Below the pieces are notes generated by a model. It worked only from the letters and a program-made list of their open reading frames with translations. It had not been told where the DNA came from and did no database searches. A stretch of 32,000 nucleotides of DNA from NCBI RefSeq assembly GCF_008189405.1, contig NZ_CP043316.1:540001-572000 (forward strand), read 5' to 3'. The first letter of the stretch is position 1, and each line of letters begins with the position of its first letter. Position numbers and translations under genes: made by a program. This DNA is from Candidatus Saccharimonadota bacterium. GTDB lineage: Bacteria; Pseudomonadota; Alphaproteobacteria; CAJXXZ01; 1604HC. This document shows positions 27,001 to 32,000 of this stretch, piece after piece.

Positions 27001-27848
27001 TAGAGACACTGATAATTACGTCTATTTTGAATAAGAAAAACTGTGATTATATGATTGCAGATCTTGATCAAAATAGTACAAGCTATTTCGAAAGGAAAAA
27101 ACATAGCATATTACTTTCTATGAGTAAAAAATGCTTATTTGATAATTATAATACAATCAAAGTTCAATATAGAAAAATTGTACAATATTTTAATCAGTAT
27201 ATGGCACACAGATTTCCATTTAATAAGAGCGCTAATGTAGAGATCACACCTGAAGAAGCTAAGCAATTCTTAGCAATTTGGAATGAGAAATCAATGAATT
27301 TAGATCTACTATCACATTACTTGAAACCGAACCATGCATGGATTGCTTTCCTTAAACGAACACAAAGTATAATCCCATGGCTAGAATCCATGATAGATGG
27401 CAAAAAACATCCAGGGTCATTTATGGTAACTCTGAGGACAAATCGTGATCAAGAAAAACTTGGAGATCACATTGCTATTTGGGACCTAAAATTCGGAGAT
27501 AAAACCATTCACATGAATATGGACCCACAAGAGATTGAACTTAAAAACTACAATATGCACAATATCTTGCGCTTATCTAAGGAAAGTAAGCACTCATTCG
27601 AAAATGGAAAATCCTATGAAGTTAAATATAATGGTTTCTTTGGAATCGTAAAATTAATAAATAAATTCTGTGCAAATCACTGCAAACAAAATAAACAGCT
27701 TAGATTGAGCATTCCACTACTAAGTGAAAATAGTAATTTAACTGTATGGTGTGATATTGAGCTAAAAGGGAAGCTAAAAGAATGGCCAACTTTCCCTAAG
27801 CAAGCCCCTAATTTCCCTAAAAGCGAGGTAAAATTATGCATCAATTAA
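24021..27848 (+). CDS. tssM: Type VI secretion membrane-complex protein TssM (IcmF family), 1275 aa
   Basis: An N-terminal TM segment is followed by Walker A (VIGSERSGKS), NWSFFNDAVFLE (compare WWFT.EAVLiD), FPIYVVFTHTDLIPGF (compare PVYLV.TK.DLl.GF) and LRGIYFTGS. A TM segment lies near aa 400 (LQYLVGSVIIGGIVSLIHY). A presumably periplasmic region of about 860 aa follows. Confidence 0.85.
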   Translation: MDNLLTTFIISMVSASTFMLLNKSYVKMPKIIAFLRKHIKSFAKYVANLFRFEAVFDDRINKSFDHNMHILYSFLGSENFKYKLPFIMVIGSERSGKSAIINSLKLERTIDDLTEKNEFCNWSFFNDAVFLEMHSALFSSGDSYVSSDASNWNKLLNTLSYHRPERPIDSLVLTISIEDILDHSINLSNIAEHYYIKLWKMQKTFKVNFPIYVVFTHTDLIPGFSHFVHAIQETLQDDIFGWSNPHSVNAIENIEFIEDGIDQIINRLMLIQQEIMAKEISSENGMFVFPFEIHKLKQRLSEFMYYIFKRNSLHDHFMLRGIYFTGSSKHNAYVNHEFSQSLQSVEFGSIVKASSLHTSDDILFTTNLFTDKIFKEKGLTFPLSGNILNNSAKVRMLQYLVGSVIIGGIVSLIHYDLRMNKVKSELKHNISNIRLSIHNAKLIYKGSYDELDNAIFEEQSIKIINAMKQIHPKDLFSYSMPPSWFSSIQSRLNTLLGRAYNTVVFRFIMNKFNNDLKMLVSDYTNDKISYKKNFHPLHSREFIALNSYITKIAKLENIHYKIKRVPHLRNINDVIYIMKHLLNIDVSKSLIHNKRVFQNALKHVQVDIHSFDSYKKNIRIKSTGLFDKFINHALEYDKVIPNITKIESILERIEQKENYDIESLTSYFNQLTSVFNKQDLLWISSNKSKFGEQINHMLYKAQDSNVLGLKIAQNMKEKIELKIKQLKQKVVKHRLPMIGVIFQDNDNGQLDFSKDFAEFQGMLNLLAGQSFMKNTDYKINPDLKSNIVKWNLLKLAEIVKIINEFNKFSSHKILYKHEKITHAMAMVTCSSVIKNIKYNLVSSQSQFDNLESDNTLLSNIHQNLDEANKYLIKILLFVKNRNSNLFTELKNVLQKQNILFLEKLDQLLQKKDLYNISNSDLYLNGTKEDIQEYIAKQQEQIKYLSELSIPSVQILSKISDIGLKIYSPILNKWSEINDAVVRSKEGKSNQIKSIETLIITSILNKKNCDYMIADLDQNSTSYFERKKHSILLSMSKKCLFDNYNTIKVQYRKIVQYFNQYMAHRFPFNKSANVEITPEEAKQFLAIWNEKSMNLDLLSHYLKPNHAWIAFLKRTQSIIPWLESMIDGKKHPGSFMVTLRTNRDQEKLGDHIAIWDLKFGDKTIHMNMDPQEIELKNYNMHNILRLSKESKHSFENGKSYEVKYNGFFGIVKLINKFCANHCKQNKQLRLSIPLLSENSNLTVWCDIELKGKLKEWPTFPKQAPNFPKSEVKLCIN

Positions 27849-28708
27849 TTGAAATCAAAAATGCACTCACTAATCCAATAGCAAACATAAGAAATTCCAA
27901 TATATTTGTACAGCTAGAGACACTAGTTGAGCAACACAGCGATGATCTTCCTAAAGGGGATTGGTCTATATCTAATGATAAAAAAGATTGGACTAAAATA
28001 TCTACACTTTGCTTAGAAATATTAGTTAATAATAGTAAAGATATACAAGTCATAATATGGCTTATTGAGGCAAATATTCATTTACGTAAAGATGTAAAAG
28101 AATCATTTGAGATTCTTGAATATATTATTGATAATCACTGGGATATCCAAGATAAAGACTTCGCATATAAGGCTTTTACTAACTTTGATAAAACATTAAA
28201 TATAATGCTTCCTCAGTATTTTGCTTTATATAAAAATGACAATATCTATTACACTCTTGCAAGTTTCATACAGAATAAATCCATGACTGATTTTGAGAAG
28301 CTTACCACTCAGGAATACGAGTATTCGCTGGAATTAGCAAATATTATCCAATCTCTCAAAGAAAAAGCAAGTGCAAAGATGGATAATAATATGATGGCTA
28401 AATCCATTACTATTACACAGAATTTTATTCAGAAAGTTAGGAATATCATGCAGAATCAACATATACAAAATGATTCTATAAAACAAAATATAGAAACAGA
28501 ATCTAACAATATAAACACGCATAATATTACATCACGCGAACAAGCATACCAAATGATTCAGGAAATAATGCTATATTTGAAAACTCATGATCCACATAGT
28601 GCAACTCCATATTTATTGCAAAAAGCATATGAGTGGGAGAAAAAATCATTTGTAGATATCATGAATGACTTTAATGACCCTGTTATCATTCAAAAAATAT
28701 TTCAATAG
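27836..28708 (+). CDS. tssA: Type VI secretion protein TssA / ImpA-family protein (short form, 290 aa)
   Basis: The ImpA_N-like segment is KDWTKISTLCLEILVNNSKDIQVIIWLIEANIHL. The C-terminal PHSATPYLLQKAYEW resembles the HSP.PYLL.RA..W motif of ImpA-family proteins. A GAGG SD lies 8 nt upstream. The gene overlaps the tssM 3' end by 13 nt. Confidence 0.75.
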   Translation: MHQLIEIKNALTNPIANIRNSNIFVQLETLVEQHSDDLPKGDWSISNDKKDWTKISTLCLEILVNNSKDIQVIIWLIEANIHLRKDVKESFEILEYIIDNHWDIQDKDFAYKAFTNFDKTLNIMLPQYFALYKNDNIYYTLASFIQNKSMTDFEKLTTQEYEYSLELANIIQSLKEKASAKMDNNMMAKSITITQNFIQKVRNIMQNQHIQNDSIKQNIETESNNINTHNITSREQAYQMIQEIMLYLKTHDPHSATPYLLQKAYEWEKKSFVDIMNDFNDPVIIQKIFQ

Positions 28709-28827
28709 ACATATATCAGAATTATAAGATGTAACCACACACTTACATTAAGTATAAAGTAATCATATAATCATAATCTGTAAAGCCTTAGAATGCTTAT
28801 TTCAGGTAGGTTTTCCTGCAAAATCTC

Positions 28828-28856
28828 TTGTTATTTAGGTGTAAATGTAACATAAT
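28828..28856 (+). promoter_or_regulatory. Possible sigma70-like promoter for the downstream orphan gene: TTGTTA, 17-nt spacer, CATAAT
   Basis: The -35-like TTGTTA (28828-28833) and -10-like CATAAT (28851-28856) have a 17-nt spacing. They are followed by a strong SD (AAGGGAG) 6 nt before the ATG at 28880. Such hexamers arise easily by chance in AT-rich DNA. Confidence 0.25.
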
Positions 28857-28879
28857 AAGTCAATTTATAAGGGAGATAT

Positions 28880-30490
28880 ATGAAGAATCTAAGAATTTTA
28901 TCACTGGTATTATGCTTATCAGTTATGGCAAATGGCCCAGAATTAACGGAATGCACAAGTAAGTTTGCATATTGTTTGAAGAGTCCTGGTCTCGCAACAG
29001 AAGATGCTGTGCAAACCAATCAAATGGAAAAATATACTCAAGCAATTTATGATGAGTATAATCAATATGCATTAAGCATTATTCCAAGCTTGGAAGGCAA
29101 GAAGTTAAATGTAATTAATATGATGCAAATAGGATATGAAACAAACGAAGATGATGCAGAAGAACGAGCAGAATATATTAATGATTTAAATGAAGGATCA
29201 CTGGAAGAATTATATGAAGGATTAACAGAAATTGAAGAACACACTATTCTGCGATACGTTTATGAATCTCGTCCTTACATAATGAAGCAGAGTGCTCGCT
29301 ATGCGGAGTTAGCAGATGCGTATGGTAATTATGACATGGATGGGGATGTATTCAAAAATGCTGTGTATCTTGCTGACAGGTCTCAAAATGGAACATTAGA
29401 AGTTGATTGGGACTTAGAATCAGATAGGTTGGAAGCTCATAGTTTGTACTACAATTCAATATATGAGTACAACCTAGAAAATCCAGGATTATCGATGCTG
29501 AGCGATAAAGCGGAAGCAGCAAAGGTTAATGCAACTATTTTACAATCCCTATCAAAAGACAAGGAACATTTTACAAACATTGCAAAGCATATTGCGTTAA
29601 AGAAGATGGCAGTTGAGGCGGCAAAAGGCTTGGAGAAATTTAAAATCATGCTTGATGAGGTTGTTAGACAGGATGCATCTTGGAATGTAATTAGAACTGT
29701 CAAGGTAGGGAATGCTATGCAAAAGCATTTTAAGGAGGCTGATAAGTATGTTAGCTGCCAATCATGGATTCAAGTAACAGATGAAGGAAGTGGCATTGGA
29801 ACTTATAGAACTATTTTTGGAAGTAAAGATAGAATAAAATTTGCTGAGATCATAGATTTATTTAATACAGATAGAGCAAAATGCAAAGAAACTGTTTTGT
29901 GTAGATTTAGCAAAGGTTTAGAAAACTATAATAATGATTTTAATAGATTATTGCTATACCCAGATTTCAACATAAGATTTGATCAATTAACTGAGATGAC
30001 TGTTAATGCACTAGAGGATATGTTAAATGCAATTATTAGGAGTAAGCTTTATTATAAAGTTGGAAATGGAGGAGGAGACCGAAAATTCCAAGCATATTAT
30101 CCCGGGGAGGAGCGTAGAGGTGACGTTGAGTTTTTCAAGAAGGATTATGCTGACTGGTATGCAAAATCTGATGGAGACAAGGCTGTTACAGCATTAAGAA
30201 AAGAAGAAGCTGCTAAGCTTGCGAAGGAACGTGATCATGAGGATTATATCGTACACTTGTTTGACAGAGCAGAGGAATTGCTGAATGGATACGAAGGTGA
30301 TAAGGACATGATGGGAGAGATCTTTGGAAACTTCTTGTTCTTAAGATGGGCAGAATACAAGGAGAATGCTAGAGGGCGAGACTTCATGAACAGTGCAAAG
30401 GATGCATTAGAGGGCATGTTAAAACTGGAATCTTCAGACATTGAAAAACTAAATGCAATCTCAAACGAAAAAATCAAATCCCTGCAATAA
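28880..30490 (+). CDS. Hypothetical secreted protein (536 aa), no recognised family, directly downstream of tssA
   Basis: A strong SD (AAGGGAG) precedes the ATG. The signal peptide is MKNLRILSLVLCLSVMANG. The long uninterrupted ORF encodes an acidic, helix-rich sequence. Only short antisense shadow ORFs overlap it. Confidence 0.65.
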   Translation: MKNLRILSLVLCLSVMANGPELTECTSKFAYCLKSPGLATEDAVQTNQMEKYTQAIYDEYNQYALSIIPSLEGKKLNVINMMQIGYETNEDDAEERAEYINDLNEGSLEELYEGLTEIEEHTILRYVYESRPYIMKQSARYAELADAYGNYDMDGDVFKNAVYLADRSQNGTLEVDWDLESDRLEAHSLYYNSIYEYNLENPGLSMLSDKAEAAKVNATILQSLSKDKEHFTNIAKHIALKKMAVEAAKGLEKFKIMLDEVVRQDASWNVIRTVKVGNAMQKHFKEADKYVSCQSWIQVTDEGSGIGTYRTIFGSKDRIKFAEIIDLFNTDRAKCKETVLCRFSKGLENYNNDFNRLLLYPDFNIRFDQLTEMTVNALEDMLNAIIRSKLYYKVGNGGGDRKFQAYYPGEERRGDVEFFKKDYADWYAKSDGDKAVTALRKEEAAKLAKERDHEDYIVHLFDRAEELLNGYEGDKDMMGEIFGNFLFLRWAEYKENARGRDFMNSAKDALEGMLKLESSDIEKLNAISNEKIKSLQ

Positions 30491-31240
30491 TATGTCTGTA
30501 TTAATCCATAAACTTAACAAACCTATATAAGATTAAGGAATTAATATATTTGATTTCCTACTTAAAGCTCATTTATGGAAGTTAAATATAGTAGTTTTCA
30601 GATTATTTATTTTCAGAGCATATGCAAGTATTATCATGAAATTATATAAAACAAGAAAATATTATTATGCATTCCCTAAGCTGTTAAGATGAAGTTGCTT
30701 TATAATGGAGTGAAAATCATAGCTCTCGTGAAATAAATACTTATCTTATGGAATGAGTTAGTTACATTAGGCAAAACTCAGTCTATAATCTTTTAATGTA
30801 CCGAGTCCTTTCTCAGCAAATCACTAAAAAATATAAGTTTACTGTAGAAATATTGTGCACGGCTGATACTGCCACATCATTCTAATATGGTGAATTATAT
30901 ATATTAGAAAAGATAAAGAAAATTCTAAGTTAAATTAAAAAAACATTCAAAATCATCTGAATATTATTTGCTATAATTATAAAATCAATAAGCGAAAATC
31001 ATGCATAAGCAAACTTCTAATAAAAACATTAATTGAAAGGGGAATTATAAAAGTTTTGAAGCATTATGCTTTGAGTTATAAATATATGGTTTGTATGATT
31101 TAACAAATATGCAAATGAAGAAAATCAAAACATATCATAGCATGGAAGAAATCAGCCATAGGATAACAAACAAAATCACATAATAACTTACAAATGCAAA
31201 AATCTAATCTACTAGCTATTTAGATAAATTGGATTTTAGA

Positions 31241-31951
31241 TTATTTTGTTGTTTCATTATCAGATTGCTTTGACTCTGATTTATCTGATTTTGGTTTATC
31301 TTCAGATTGAGCATCGTTTTGTTCAATGCTTTTTCTTGAAACAATTATGTTCCATTTTCTTTCCATTCTAATAATGAAGAAAGGAAGTTTTTTATTTCTC
31401 ATGGTTTGCAATATATTGGAAGACTTTCCACCTATTGATCTAAATTCAATTTGACTTGAAGGAAGAAATGCTTTCACACCCCACGGAAGTAAAGCAACTA
31501 TAAACCCACCACGTACTTTTTCTATAATAGTTCCTTCAACCAATTTTTTGCTTTGAAAAATATCTTCTAATTCTTTCCAAGATCTAATATGGTTAACTTT
31601 AGAAAAACTAACTACTAAAGATCCATTAGAATCTTCGTGTTTTTCGATCCAAACTGAAATCAAATCTCCAAGATTAGGAACCTCTCCAAATCCATTAATT
31701 TTGAATTCGTTTATATCTATTTTACCTTCGGCTTTAATGCCAATATTAACCCATACATAATCTTTAGTAATGCTACTTACTGTAGCTTGAACTATGCTTT
31801 TTTCTCTGGGCATAGAAGATAACTTAGTCAGTTCTGACATTGCACTTACGTGTTCTGATTTAACCTCTACTATTTGATCGTATTTTGTTTGCTTTGGTTT
31901 TAAACTATGCATGTCAACATTATATTCCAACACTTTGTTATAATCAAGCAT
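31241..31951 (-). CDS. S1 RNA-binding-domain protein resembling only the first two domains of ribosomal protein S1 (236 aa)
   Basis: SIVQATVSSITKDYVWVNIGIKAEGKIDINEF ... GDLISVWI ... LVVSFSK and LVEGTIIEKVRGGFIVALLPWGVKAFLPSSQI ... FFIIRMERKWNIIVSRKS are colinear with S1 domains 1-2 (compare GTVV.I.kD.v.VD.GlKSEG.I...EF and G.i...vKGGf.V.l.giraFLPgS). It ends in a low-complexity K/S/D/E tail. Confidence 0.7.
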   Translation of the reverse strand: MLDYNKVLEYNVDMHSLKPKQTKYDQIVEVKSEHVSAMSELTKLSSMPREKSIVQATVSSITKDYVWVNIGIKAEGKIDINEFKINGFGEVPNLGDLISVWIEKHEDSNGSLVVSFSKVNHIRSWKELEDIFQSKKLVEGTIIEKVRGGFIVALLPWGVKAFLPSSQIEFRSIGGKSSNILQTMRNKKLPFFIIRMERKWNIIVSRKSIEQNDAQSEDKPKSDKSESKQSDNETTK

Positions 31952-32000
31952 ATTAGTAGATATTGCTAAAAATGCACATATAATATATAGATTAGAGGTA

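Noticed and set aside
28729-28748. A possible terminator hairpin after tssA (ATGTAA-n8-TTACAT).
   Set aside because: It has only a 6-bp A/T-rich stem and no following T-tract, so it is indistinguishable from chance in this composition. I found no convincing rho-independent terminator after any gene.
28880-28960. Whether the ORF after tssA is the missing TssJ lipoprotein, given LSLVLC in its signal peptide.
   Set aside because: LVLC has Leu at the -1 position, so it is a poor lipobox. At 536 aa the protein is about three times the size of TssJ. I kept it only as an unknown secreted protein.
167-30477. Many 60-170 aa ORFs in the track lie antisense to, or overlap, long well-supported genes. 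Examples are 167-349, 738-956, 1388-1594, 3049-3334, 3977-4240, 6628-6981, 7279-7482, 7995-8177, 11222-11422, 13122-13310, 13890-14096, 16000-16212, 16476-16661, 17891-18316, 18537-18761, 19328-19558, 20783-20971, 26027-26215, 27841-28053, 28334-28522, 28831-29019, 29062-29244, 29449-29703 and 30244-30477.
   Set aside because: Each is fully contained in, or opposite, a longer ORF with clear family motifs. Their sequences are low-complexity, Ile/Phe/Ser/Leu-rich shadow products of AT-rich DNA with no recognisable motif.
30491-31240. Remnants of S1 domains 3-6 downstream of the short S1-like gene.
   Set aside because: Reading the minus strand by eye in the continuing frame gave frequent stops. 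I recognised no S1-type G-x-V-x-x-x-x-x-F-G-x-F-V segments. This cannot be excluded without a translated search, so it is listed as a check rather than a pseudogene call.

Overview
Limits: all calls come from reading the supplied translations and the DNA by eye. No homology search, HMM, GC calculation or folding was run.

Overall character: the window is strongly AT-rich with low coding density. It has long A/T-rich spacers, many 1-13 nt gene overlaps and several shortened proteins. The gene content looks like a reduced-genome, probably host-associated, alphaproteobacterium-like organism; this is inference from motifs only.

Housekeeping content, in window order:
- RND efflux permease (3' part), rpsP and rimM.
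- Adrenodoxin-type ferredoxin, a divergent gpsA and a HAD hydrolase.
- A soluble CckA-like hybrid histidine kinase and tRNA-Gln.
- dnaQ, rnd, ftsQ, uvrD-like helicase, ogt-like methyltransferase and a VOC-family protein.
- tRNA-Ser and tRNA-Pro, yraN and rnhA.
- The envelope cluster rseP-bamA-skp-fabZ, and a two-domain S1-like protein.

Notable items:
1. A translationally coupled tssL(dotU)-tssM(icmF)-tssA(impA) type VI secretion module lies at 23.3-28.7 kb. No sheath, baseplate, Hcp, VgrG, ClpV or TssJ gene is present anywhere in the 32 kb. An orphan 536-aa signal-peptide protein follows it.
2. A lone DUF4280/PAAR-like spike-tip gene sits about 15 kb away, directly after the histidine kinase.
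3. Three orphan secreted acidic or coiled-coil proteins have no recognisable family.
4. Three identical 94-bp tandem units re-duplicate the upstream region plus the first 35 nt of dnaQ.
5. A duplicated 106-bp element abuts the tRNA-Ser/tRNA-Pro pair.
6. The bamA cluster lacks lpxD, lpxA and lpxB.
7. Several conserved operons are fragmented.
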